From contig CBDANF010000002.1 of assembly GCA_965197475.1 (NCBI GenBank), positions 1,433,507-1,497,506 on the forward strand: DNA of 64,000 bases. Reading direction: 5' to 3'. The notes beneath the pieces were generated by a model that saw nothing but the letters and a program-made list of their open reading frames with translations, made no database searches and was not told where the DNA came from. A program made the position numbers and the translations under genes. The DNA is from Candidatus Poribacteria bacterium. GTDB taxonomy: Bacteria; Poribacteria; WGA-4E; WGA-3G. Positions within the stretch are counted from its first letter, which is position 1, and each line of letters begins with the position of its first letter. Positions 23,141-32,399 of this stretch are shown here, one piece after another.

Positions 23141-24217
23141 ATGAAAAAGCAACTGTATTGGGGATTCGGTATCCTCATTTTATTTTTTAGCGTTGTCGGT
23201 GTTTTCTTGTTGATACCCAAAGACACTGACACCGAACCGGAAAAGGTCTATAAGGCACCATCGGAAGAAGTCAGTGAAAAGGCACAAGAAGCAAACACCC
23301 CTTCAGATGATATCACACTGCCACCGCGGGCAGTACAACCCTCTGCTGACACCGGCGAACCGTCAGAACAAAAACTTGAAAAAAGGAAATATGCGACGGA
23401 ACCATTGGGGTACGAGAAGGAAGGGGTTGAGGGAATGTACATTACACACATCCCACGCGATCCTTCTCGTTTTGCGGACAAACCCCCGCCACCGTTGCCC
23501 CCCTCCTCAGTGCCGGACGACATCCCTGAACACCTCAAACTCCCACCCGAATGGATAGATGGTGTCTATCGCGATATAGAACCACCACCGCCAGATGATA
23601 CATTGACAGACGAAATAAGGAGAAGTATAGGAGAAATTATCCAAGAGGTTGTTCGCAACTACAACCCGAAACGTTCCTACGCTGATATATGGGATCAGTT
23701 TATTGAATATGAGAAGATGTATCGCGCTTATGCGGAGTACGAACTCGGCTATACACCGCAAAATGCATCAATGACTTGCAACCGAGTTGATTGGTTATAT
23801 GAACAGGTATGGGCTTTCCCTGAATTTATGGAATTGGGAAATACGGCAGACACACCACCCCCACCTGGTGAAGAAAGTCGTTTTCTAACAGCTTATGACA
23901 TTGCAATGGGTATAGATCATACGGGCTGGAACCACATCACCCTCAAAGATGGTCGTGATTTTTACATCAAAGGGGAGACACGTTATGAGTTTGTATATCA
24001 GGGTGTAACTGAAGCAGGGGATGAGTGGAAAAACGTCACAGGGTTTAGCCGAACCCGAGTCACAGAAAGCACACCAGTCATTACGATTGATGTTTATAAT
24101 ACTTCTGACGAAGAACTTAAAAGGCTCATGGGGTGGGATTACCGCGTCAACCCTATCACCATGAAACCGATGCAAGATAACCTTTACGACTATATACTTC
24201 ATAGGAGGATAGAATGA
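23141..24217 (+). CDS. Array family C membrane-anchored, Pro-rich protein
   Basis: AGGAGG RBS; MKKQLYWGFGILILFFSVVGVFLL anchor shared with 25970; poly-Pro stretches. Confidence 0.8.
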   Translation: MKKQLYWGFGILILFFSVVGVFLLIPKDTDTEPEKVYKAPSEEVSEKAQEANTPSDDITLPPRAVQPSADTGEPSEQKLEKRKYATEPLGYEKEGVEGMYITHIPRDPSRFADKPPPPLPPSSVPDDIPEHLKLPPEWIDGVYRDIEPPPPDDTLTDEIRRSIGEIIQEVVRNYNPKRSYADIWDQFIEYEKMYRAYAEYELGYTPQNASMTCNRVDWLYEQVWAFPEFMELGNTADTPPPPGEESRFLTAYDIAMGIDHTGWNHITLKDGRDFYIKGETRYEFVYQGVTEAGDEWKNVTGFSRTRVTESTPVITIDVYNTSDEELKRLMGWDYRVNPITMKPMQDNLYDYILHRRIE

Positions 24218-24981
24218 AAAAACTAACATTGTTTGTTTTTGTGTTTACAGTTTCTATCATATCAACAGTTTGTTATTCAGCGGATGCGGATTCCTGATTG
24301 TTTTCGCGTTTGGTTGTTATTTGTGGTATCAGCACGAGCTTGAACCCTACAAACAAGAAGCAGCAGAAGCACACCGGCAGTGGGAAGCATCCCAAAAAGC
24401 GGATGCTAACAGCGACGTGGAACAGGTGGTATCTGATGCACTTGTGGAACGCAGCATGCCAACTGTAGCGAAACCTATAACCGAAACGGTGGAGAAAAAC
24501 GTTGTCTTCAGCGATCTCCACGAAAACCTGACAGAACAAATGCAAGAAACGGTAACCACCGAAGATGTGCGGGTTTCTCCTCACGGTTTCGGACCGTATC
24601 CGAAAACACCAGAAGGTTGGTCCCCCATACCTTGGGAACTCTACAAAGACCCGGACCGTGAATTGATGACACGTGTCAGGATAAAAATCCTTGAACAAGG
24701 GAAACCCATCAAAGGTGTCACGATGGATAGAGGCAAAGTATATCCCATAATTAGTGGTATCCGCTATATCAAATGGGAAACGGAAATTACACAGGAAGGC
24801 GAAGTGAAGCAGAGAATAACTCGCTCACTTGGAACTATTGAGGATGGCAGACATCTTGCTGCTATCAGAGAAGCGAAAGGGGGGCATTTTGACTGTGTCT
24901 GACGTGCCACCAGACATCATACTGGTACCTTACGAAGAAGCAGGAATTGACCCGTATACATTTTTAGATTTACCAAAATAG
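24214..24981 (+). pseudogene. Chimera: partner-gene signal peptide fused out of frame to family A variant gamma, plus a G6 frameshift
   Basis: ATG 24214 gives MKKLTLFVFVFTVSIISTVCYSADADS*; joins family A DNA at gcggatgcggattc (24280); removing one G at 24879-24884 restores VSDVPPDIILVPYEEAGIDPYTFLDLPK. Confidence 0.75.
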
Positions 24982-25208
24982 GGAGGAAAAGCATGTTTTA
25001 CCGTATATTTTGGCTATCACTAGTCAACTATCGGCTTTTTGTTAGCGGTTGTTTGAGGAATTTTTATAAAAAATGAATTTTTAACTTGATTTTTTTTGCA
25101 ATTTTGTATAATTGTGTCAAAGTATAGAGAGACACCTATTTACAAAGGTGTCATGACAAAATGTAATGGGAATTTGATCTATTCTCTAATCAAATTTGGA
25201 GGTATAAG
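24982..25208 (+). promoter_or_regulatory. Family B stub plus array promoter, copy 3 (T8, 15-bp spacer)
   Basis: TTGATT 25086-25091 and TATAAT 25107-25112. Confidence 0.65.
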
Positions 25209-25958
25209 ATGTATCGCGATATCTTTACTAATAAATGGATAATCAGAGGTATTGCAACTCTGATAATAGTGGCCTGTGCGTGTTTTTTATGGTATAAATA
25301 CGATACGGCAGCAGACAGAAAAGCGGCAGCCGAAACCGCCGAACTGCTACGTCAATGGGCAGCTAAAAAGTCTACACCTGACGACAAGACAGAACAGCCA
25401 GCCGCTGCCCCTGTGGAAAACACGGAGAAACTAAGAACCGAAACAACCGGTGCCGTTGTAAAAATAGACACAAGCCTCAATGAAACAACTCAATACGTCC
25501 CAGGCGATGTCTTTATCGGCCCCGCACCGCCGACAGAACGGGGTTCTAAAGATGAACTCGTCTCTCCCTACGGTTTCGGACCCTATCCCGAATTACCAGA
25601 AGGGTTCGGACCCATCACCTGGCCCCGCAGGAGTGCTGAATCTGAATTGAGAACACGTGTTCGGATCAAACTTCTAAAAGAAGGTATCCCTGTCAAAGGG
25701 GCTGTTATGGAAAATGGCTTGGTATACCCCATCATCAAAGGTATCCGCTATGTAAAATGGGGTGAGAGAGCGGGAGGGAGCCGCTATCTCACGCGATCCC
25801 TTGGTCATCCCGATGATGGCGACCGCATGCAGGTGATTGAAGAAGAGAAATATAAACGGAGAGAAAGTTTTACCCAAGCAGACGTGCCAGACATCAAGCT
25901 GGTCCCTTTTGAAGAGGGAGGCATAGACCCTTATACCTTTCTTGATTTACCCAAATAA
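25209..25958 (+). CDS. Array family A protein, variant delta
   Basis: Divergent anchor MYRDIFTNKWII; VSPYGFGPYPELP, VYPIIKGIRYV and GIDPYTFLDLPK conserved. Confidence 0.85.
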   Translation: MYRDIFTNKWIIRGIATLIIVACACFLWYKYDTAADRKAAAETAELLRQWAAKKSTPDDKTEQPAAAPVENTEKLRTETTGAVVKIDTSLNETTQYVPGDVFIGPAPPTERGSKDELVSPYGFGPYPELPEGFGPITWPRRSAESELRTRVRIKLLKEGIPVKGAVMENGLVYPIIKGIRYVKWGERAGGSRYLTRSLGHPDDGDRMQVIEEEKYKRRESFTQADVPDIKLVPFEEGGIDPYTFLDLPK

Positions 25959-25969
25959 GGAGGAAAAGC

Positions 25970-26856
25970 ATGAAAAAGCATCTGTATTGGGGACTCGGTA
26001 TCCTCATTTTATTACTCGGCGTTGTCGGTGTTTTTTTGTTGATGCCGCAAAATACCGACAACGAGTCGAAACCTGTATTAGGGGAGGCAACCAAAAAACT
26101 GCTAAAAGAAGGCACTGAACAAACCGTGGTTAAACCTCTGCCTGGTGAAACCGAAGCAGGCTTAGAGAGCGTAGGGACACATCCCGTAAAATTAGAGGAC
26201 ATCTCTATAAACTGGCCAGAAGGGGCAGACTGGCCTGTCAATTGGAAAGTGTTGTACAATAATTTGTCCGAAGAAGAGTTTGCTAAACTTCCTCAGGCTA
26301 CAAAAGATGCAGTTAACCGGGCATTTTATGCTGAAATGGGATTAGAACCCCCCCACCCGGATACTATCACCATCGAAACAAAAAGACAGGTAAGTGGGAG
26401 CTCGCCCGAAACAATGTGCCTATCATTGAAGTACGTTGGGAAGAATCTACATACAATCAATTTCACCAACTCACTGACGCAGAATACGAACGGTATCACG
26501 CGCTTATGTGGATTGCCGATAATCAGGAAGCCGTAGCAAGCTCCGTTGCTTCTGGGCGGCATCCACATCGGATACTTGCTTACCCGCCAGAAGTCTATGA
26601 ATTGGCTCAGAAATGGTTAGATGAACTCCACGAAAAAACTTATGGTCCTACCCTTCAAGCCTATGCTAATGTCTATTATGACCGGCCAAAAACGGCTGCC
26701 GATCACGAAATGGTAGATAGGATGATGGACGAGGCAATGAAAACAGCATTGCCCCATCGTCAAAGGTCAACGAGGCCAACTGACGTTGTCGTTGACGAAA
26801 TTCTTAATGAAATCGAGGTTGAACTCGGTATCACAATAAAGCGAAAATCTGAGTGA
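25970..26856 (+). pseudogene. Array family C protein frameshifted in a C7 tract
   Basis: MKKHLYWGLGILILL anchor; one extra C at 26348-26354 gives GLEPPPPGYYHH..., continuous with ORF 26416-26856. Confidence 0.7.
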
Positions 26857-27076
26857 CAAGGATTTCCCGAGAATTAGAAGAGCAAATACGGTCGCGCGCT
26901 AAGCGTTACAATTTGTGTAGGATGATGCTTCCTCAGACGAAAGCATTCGGAAACTAGCATGAAATTCATAGGCATCTACATGAAAATTTATATGTATCCA
27001 TCTGAAAGGGAACAATCAGTAGAAATCCTTTTCTGTGGTAACCGGTGCTACTTGTGCCAAGAAAGGAGATATACAA

Positions 27077-27541
27077 ATGAGATTTAAGATATTAATGCGA
27101 ACCCTGTTAATCTTTGTAATAGGACTCCTGACTGTTGTTCATATACATGCTGATCCTCCGTCAGAGGCTGGCGAAAATCCGCCTCAATGGGAAAAGTGGG
27201 GACCTGTTCCCTGGGAATCTCTGAGCCGCAACAGGGAATTGATGACGCGCGTTCGTATCAAACTCTTGAACCAAGGTATACCCGTCGTAGGTTCAATGAT
27301 GGATAAAGATTTAGTATACCCGATAATCAAAGGTATCCGATATGTTGAATTTGAGTGGTCCGGTTTTCGGAGATATATCACAACCTCAATCGGCACACCT
27401 GAGGATGGTAACCGCCTACGCGCCATCAAAAAAGCGATAGGGCGGCCTCTAACTGCAGCAGACGTGCCACCAGACATCATACTGGTACCTTACGAAGAAG
27501 CAGGAATTGACCCGTATACATTTTTAGATTTACCAAAATAG
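27077..27541 (+). CDS. In-frame chimera: cleavable signal peptide plus family A C-terminal domain
   Basis: AGGAG RBS; MRFKILMRTLLIFVIGLLTVVHIHA-D; C-terminal ~73 aa identical to alpha. Confidence 0.75.
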   Translation: MRFKILMRTLLIFVIGLLTVVHIHADPPSEAGENPPQWEKWGPVPWESLSRNRELMTRVRIKLLNQGIPVVGSMMDKDLVYPIIKGIRYVEFEWSGFRRYITTSIGTPEDGNRLRAIKKAIGRPLTAADVPPDIILVPYEEAGIDPYTFLDLPK

Positions 27542-27768
27542 GGAGGAAAAGCATGTTTTACCGTATATTTTGGCTATCACCAGTCAACTATCGGCTTTTT
27601 GTTAGTGGTTGTTTGAGGAATTTTTATAAAAAATGAATTTTTAACTTGATTTTTTTTGCAATTTTGTATAATTGTGTCAAAGTATAGAGAGACACCTATT
27701 TACAAAGGTGTCATGACAAAATGTAACGGGAATTTGATCTATTCTCTAATCAAATTTGGAGGTATAAG
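27542..27768 (+). promoter_or_regulatory. Family B stub plus array promoter, copy 4 (T8, 15-bp spacer)
   Basis: TTGATT 27646-27651 and TATAAT 27667-27672. Confidence 0.65.
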
Positions 27769-28554
27769 ATGATTCGAGATATCCTAACCAACAGATGGTT
27801 TCTCGGCGGATGCGGATTCCTGATTGTTTTCGCGTTTGGTTGTTATTTGTGGTATCAGCACGAGCTTTCACCTTACAAACAACAAGCAACAGAAACACAT
27901 CAGCAATTGGAAGCATTTCGAAACGATGATAAAGACAGCAGGGTGGAAAAAACAGCTGATGCGGATTCTTCTGAGGAAAGCACATCAATAACAACAGAGA
28001 AAACTATAGGTGAAACAACCAATACAGTAGTAGATGAAAATGCTTCCTCCGGCAAGACCGATTCCAACTTAACGAGACAAACACAGGAGACCGAACCAGT
28101 TGATGAACTGCGCATTTCGCGTTTTGGATTCGGTCCGTATCCAGAGGTGCCTGAAGACTTCCCGTACCCCGCTGTTTGGGATGTTCCCTATACGGGTCCA
28201 TACGACGAGCGCGCGCAGATCCAGGACGAACTCCTCTGTCGTGTCGGAATCAAGTTGTGGACACAAGGTATCAAAAGTTTCGGTGGCGTTTTTGGTGATG
28301 ACGGTTTGGTTTATCCGAATCTCAAAAACACTGTCTATGTTGAATGGGCGTACCGAGGGGCATTCAATAACTTACGTTATCCCAAAAGAATTCGAGGCGA
28401 TCCGAGTGCTGGGAGGCGGATAAGAGACATCTCATTCGAAAAACGGGAAAGACGCGAGAGTTTCACCGATGCGGATATCCCTTCAGATATAATAGTCATC
28501 CCTTTTGAAGAAGGGGGTATTGACCCTTATACCTTTCTTGATTTACCAAAATAG
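27769..28554 (+). CDS. Array family A protein, variant epsilon
   Basis: Conserved anchor, ISRFGFGPYPEVP and GIDPYTFLDLPK. Confidence 0.85.
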   Translation: MIRDILTNRWFLGGCGFLIVFAFGCYLWYQHELSPYKQQATETHQQLEAFRNDDKDSRVEKTADADSSEESTSITTEKTIGETTNTVVDENASSGKTDSNLTRQTQETEPVDELRISRFGFGPYPEVPEDFPYPAVWDVPYTGPYDERAQIQDELLCRVGIKLWTQGIKSFGGVFGDDGLVYPNLKNTVYVEWAYRGAFNNLRYPKRIRGDPSAGRRIRDISFEKRERRESFTDADIPSDIIVIPFEEGGIDPYTFLDLPK

Positions 28555-28782
28555 GGAGGAAAAGCATGTTTTACCGTATATTTTGGCTATCACCAGTCAA
28601 CTATCGGCTTTTTGTTAGCGGTTGTTTGAGGAATTTATATAAAAAATGAATTTTTAACTTGATTTTTTTTTTGCAATTTTGTATAATTGTGTCAAAGTAT
28701 AGAGAGAACCTATTTACAAAGGTGTCATGACAAAATGTAACGGGAATTCGATCTATTCTCTAATCAAATTTGGAGGTGTAAA
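28555..28782 (+). promoter_or_regulatory. Family B stub plus array promoter, copy 5 (T10, 17-bp spacer)
   Basis: TTGATT 28659-28664 and TATAAT 28682-28687. Confidence 0.65.
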
Positions 28783-29511
28783 ATGATTCGGGATATTCTA
28801 ATCAACAGATGGTTTCTCGGCGGATGCGGATTCCTGATTGTTTTCGCGTTTGGTTGTTATTTGTGGTATCAGCACGAGCTTGAACCCTACAAACAAGAAG
28901 CAGCAGAAGCACACCAGCAATTGGAAACATCTCAAAAAGCAGCGGATGCACCACAAACCGATTTTATCAATACCGCGCCTACTAACGGAACGGCGAATAC
29001 TACCGACACTGTGTCAGAGAATATAGACAACAGTATGCCCCAAGAGACAGCATCAGTTGAGAAAACAGATAAAGACGTTCCTGTCTCACCTTACGGATTC
29101 GGACCCTATCCACCTTTACCGCCAGGGTGGAGAGGCACACCTGAGAGAACATGGAATAACCTATCTGCTAATCATGAACTGATAGCACGGGTCCAGATAA
29201 AACTACGCTGGGAAGGTGTAGACGTAAGAGGTGCTGTTACGAAATATGGCAAGGTATACCCAATTATCAAAGGTATTTGCTATGTTCGATGGGAAACAGA
29301 AAACACACCGATGGGTGAATACAGATATATCGCAGGAAGTACCGGCCATCCAGATGATGGTGGCCGCCTACGTGCTATTAAAAAGGCGAAATTCAACAGA
29401 GGCGAAGACGATGATTTAACTGAGGCAGATATACCACCGGATATCAAATTGGTCCCTTACGAAGAAGGGGGCGTTGATCCGTACGAGTTCTTAGGACTCA
29501 CACCACCATAA
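28783..29511 (+). CDS. Array family A protein, variant zeta
   Basis: Conserved anchor, VSPYGFGPYP and GVDPYEFLGL. Confidence 0.85.
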   Translation: MIRDILINRWFLGGCGFLIVFAFGCYLWYQHELEPYKQEAAEAHQQLETSQKAADAPQTDFINTAPTNGTANTTDTVSENIDNSMPQETASVEKTDKDVPVSPYGFGPYPPLPPGWRGTPERTWNNLSANHELIARVQIKLRWEGVDVRGAVTKYGKVYPIIKGICYVRWETENTPMGEYRYIAGSTGHPDDGGRLRAIKKAKFNRGEDDDLTEADIPPDIKLVPYEEGGVDPYEFLGLTPP

Positions 29512-29522
29512 GGAGGAAGCAA

Positions 29523-30656
29523 ATGTTTTATCGTATACTTTGGACTTCTATCGTAGGAATGCTAATGATCGCACCACTACATGCAGATTACAAAATTGCA
29601 AATCTACAAGAAAGTTTTGCCCGGAAGTTTGCAGGAGATAGTCAATCAGAACTATACGCCGAAGCCCATATTGACGTTGATCACGATAAATGGTCTGAAT
29701 TGCAAACCAGGGGAACTGCACAGATTACTGGCGGCGCGAACATGCACGATTACTATGGACAGGAACACAACTATGAAAACATTGCGCACGCTTATGCTTA
29801 TGATTTCTCACATGCGGATGCCGATATATGGAATTGCTACAACTGCACACCGAACGATGAATTAGACACACCTTGTTCTAAGTGTGGTGGTATTGATACA
29901 CAAGGTGGCATGCCTGTTGATCAACAATCTCCTCTTGAGACTCCTGAAACTCCTGAAACCCCTAACCCGGATGAAGGAGGCACTGAAGAAGGTGGCGGCA
30001 CTGGAAACCTTGATGGCGGTACTACCACCCCGACCACCTACCTGGCAGATTCATCTACCAGGACCTTAGCCCCTGCCAGTGGGTCAAATACTTACGCCAC
30101 GGCAGGGTCAACACACGAGGCGAGTCTAACAAGTAGCGTGGCTTATGACTCGGTTGTTTGGCAGGTTAGGACACCCAGCAATACCAGTCATCTTGTCCCA
30201 ACTGTTGAGACGGACACCGGCGATGGCACCGCAACCGATGCATCGATGAGTTATACTTTCTCGGCAGGTGTAACCGGTACCTACACGATTATGGCTTATG
30301 TATGGTATTCAGATTTGTCGGCGCGTGCAATGTCCTACGATGTCACAGTCACACTCAGTCCGGGTTTACGCCCGATCAATGGTTCAAGTTACTATGCGAA
30401 TAGTGGTGATACGTACGAGATGGGACTTGTGACGGACGCTCCCTATTCTCAGGTTCAATGGTATGTGAAACCCCCTGGGGATACGAGCACTGATGGCACA
30501 AATGTTGAAACTGACACAGTTACGGGCACAACGACTGAAGCGGAGCTTAGCTACACGCTTCCAACAGGGACCCCTGGAAACCGCCGGATTACGGCGCATA
30601 TTTTCAGGGCAGATGGAACTAATTATAAAGTCACCTACGATGTTTATGTTTATTGA
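29523..30656 (+). CDS. Array family B secreted protein, full length
   Basis: Signal peptide ...APLHA-D, CYNC...CSKC cysteine pairs, ETP/G-rich linker and two ~100-aa beta-rich repeats. Confidence 0.82.
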   Translation: MFYRILWTSIVGMLMIAPLHADYKIANLQESFARKFAGDSQSELYAEAHIDVDHDKWSELQTRGTAQITGGANMHDYYGQEHNYENIAHAYAYDFSHADADIWNCYNCTPNDELDTPCSKCGGIDTQGGMPVDQQSPLETPETPETPNPDEGGTEEGGGTGNLDGGTTTPTTYLADSSTRTLAPASGSNTYATAGSTHEASLTSSVAYDSVVWQVRTPSNTSHLVPTVETDTGDGTATDASMSYTFSAGVTGTYTIMAYVWYSDLSARAMSYDVTVTLSPGLRPINGSSYYANSGDTYEMGLVTDAPYSQVQWYVKPPGDTSTDGTNVETDTVTGTTTEAELSYTLPTGTPGNRRITAHIFRADGTNYKVTYDVYVY

Positions 30657-30673
30657 CATAATCACAATCTCAG

Positions 30674-30711
30674 AACAGGCAGGTAACCGCAGCGTTGCCT
30701 GCCTGTTTTTT
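30674..30711 (+). terminator. Intrinsic terminator closing the array
   Basis: aacaggcaggtaac / gttgcctgcctgtt hairpin followed by a T run. Confidence 0.8.
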
Positions 30712-30814
30712 ATTTTCACTACTTTTTTAATATTTAATGTGTTAAAATAGTAAAGAAAAGATACGTAACTTTACGATTTATTCTGAATTTAAATGCTAAC
30801 AGCAAGGAATTCTG

Positions 30815-31507
30815 ATGGAAGCAAAAATATTAATTGTAGAGGATGAACGTGATATTGTAGAGTTGCTGAGATATAATCTACGGCAGGAAAATTTTAAAGT
30901 TGATACTGTTCAGAATGGTGCTGACGCGTTACAACGCGCAGTAGATAATCCCCCCGACCTCATTTTGTTAGACCTCATGCTACCAGAGGTGGACGGCTTA
31001 ATTGTCTGTCGACTTTTAAAAAATGATCCACGTACAAAAAAAATCCCTATCGTGATGCTAACCGCAAAAACTGAAGAAAGCGACCGCGTGACTGGACTTG
31101 AGTTGGGAGCTGATGATTATATCACAAAACCTTTTAGTCCGCGCGAGGTTGTTTTACGCATCAATGCTGTCCTACGTAGACTCAATGCCAGTCATCAGGC
31201 TGAAGAGGAAAATCAAATCCAAACACACGGTGTGATAATTGATTTGGATCGACATCAAGTATTGACCGAAGATGGCGCAATTGATCTCACAGCGACTGAG
31301 TTTAAACTTATCACGTTATTTGCACGTTCACCCGGACGCGTCTTCTCTCGTGATATTCTGATGGATGTTATTTGGGGACAGGAATACTATGGGATTGATA
31401 GGACAGTTGATACACACGTTAGCCGTCTCAGACGCAAACTCGGAAATTTAGGGGCGCAGATTGAGACTGTGTATGGTGTTGGATATCGACTTAAGGAAAA
31501 GAAATAA
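30815..31507 (+). CDS. OmpR/PhoB-family response regulator
   Basis: ILIVEDE, LLDLMLP, GADDYITKPFS and RTVDTHVSRLRRKL; no adjacent kinase. Confidence 0.93.
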   Translation: MEAKILIVEDERDIVELLRYNLRQENFKVDTVQNGADALQRAVDNPPDLILLDLMLPEVDGLIVCRLLKNDPRTKKIPIVMLTAKTEESDRVTGLELGADDYITKPFSPREVVLRINAVLRRLNASHQAEEENQIQTHGVIIDLDRHQVLTEDGAIDLTATEFKLITLFARSPGRVFSRDILMDVIWGQEYYGIDRTVDTHVSRLRRKLGNLGAQIETVYGVGYRLKEKK

Positions 31508-31576
31508 CTTCCTTACTGTCGTAATACCACAGTTGATAAGCATAAAAAAACATTTCTGAAGAAACGGAGCCAATTA

Positions 31577-32347
31577 ATGAACTTACGATTAACAGACAAA
31601 GTCGTTGTTGTGACAGGGGCAAGTCGTGGAATAGGTAGAGCAATAGCAAACGGCTTTGCTGCAGAGGGCGCACGGCTCAGCATCTGTGGTAGAGACCCAG
31701 ATACCTTACAAACCGTAACCGAGGAACTCAGCGCACACGGTATAAAGGTGTTGTCAAAACCCACCGATGTAACTGATACTGCTCAAGTAGATGCGTTTAT
31801 GACAGAAACCTTGTATCGTTTCGGTAGAATTGATGTTGTTGTTAACAATGTTGACGGAAGTCGTTGGACACCTCTAAACGAGATTTCTGATGATGAATGG
31901 CATGAAATTCTGGATCTGAATCTTGTTTCGGCAACGCGTATCAACCGCCTTGCTATTCCTGCAATGCAGAAGCAGGGTGGTGGTGTGATTCTCATGATTA
32001 CGTCTATTTACGGTAGAGAAGGCGGCGGACATATTACCTACAACGCAGCGAAAGCCGCAGAAATCAGTATGGCAAAGTCGTTGGCAAAGGAACTTGCCGC
32101 TGACAATATCCGTGTCAATAGTATTGCACCTGGGTCTATCCTGTTTCCCGGTGGCGGTTGGGATCGTCGTATCAAAGCGGATCCAGAACGCATGAAAGCC
32201 TTTGTTGAAAACGAGATGCCGCTTGGTCGTTTTGGAGAACCTGAAGAGATCGCCAATGTTGCTGTCTTTCTCGCTTCCGAACGTGCCAGCCTTGTTACTG
32301 GAGCATGCATCAATGTTGACGGATGCCAGTCGCGATCCAATATATAA
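31577..32347 (+). CDS. SDR-family oxidoreductase
   Basis: TGASRGIG, YNAAK and RVNSIAPG motifs. Confidence 0.92.
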   Translation: MNLRLTDKVVVVTGASRGIGRAIANGFAAEGARLSICGRDPDTLQTVTEELSAHGIKVLSKPTDVTDTAQVDAFMTETLYRFGRIDVVVNNVDGSRWTPLNEISDDEWHEILDLNLVSATRINRLAIPAMQKQGGGVILMITSIYGREGGGHITYNAAKAAEISMAKSLAKELAADNIRVNSIAPGSILFPGGGWDRRIKADPERMKAFVENEMPLGRFGEPEEIANVAVFLASERASLVTGACINVDGCQSRSNI

Positions 32348-32399
32348 AGTTAGATTGCGTTAAACGCATGGGTTGGGTTGGACATAAGTTACAATTCAC

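Noticed and set aside
19363-30711. Diversity-generating retroelement or shufflon
   Set aside because: No reverse transcriptase or invertase gene, all cassettes are on one strand, and near-identical copies show no adenine-specific variation
19363-30711. Integron cassette array
   Set aside because: The repeats are promoter and gene-stub sequences, I see no attC-like GTTRRRY/RYYYAAC hairpins, and there is no intI gene
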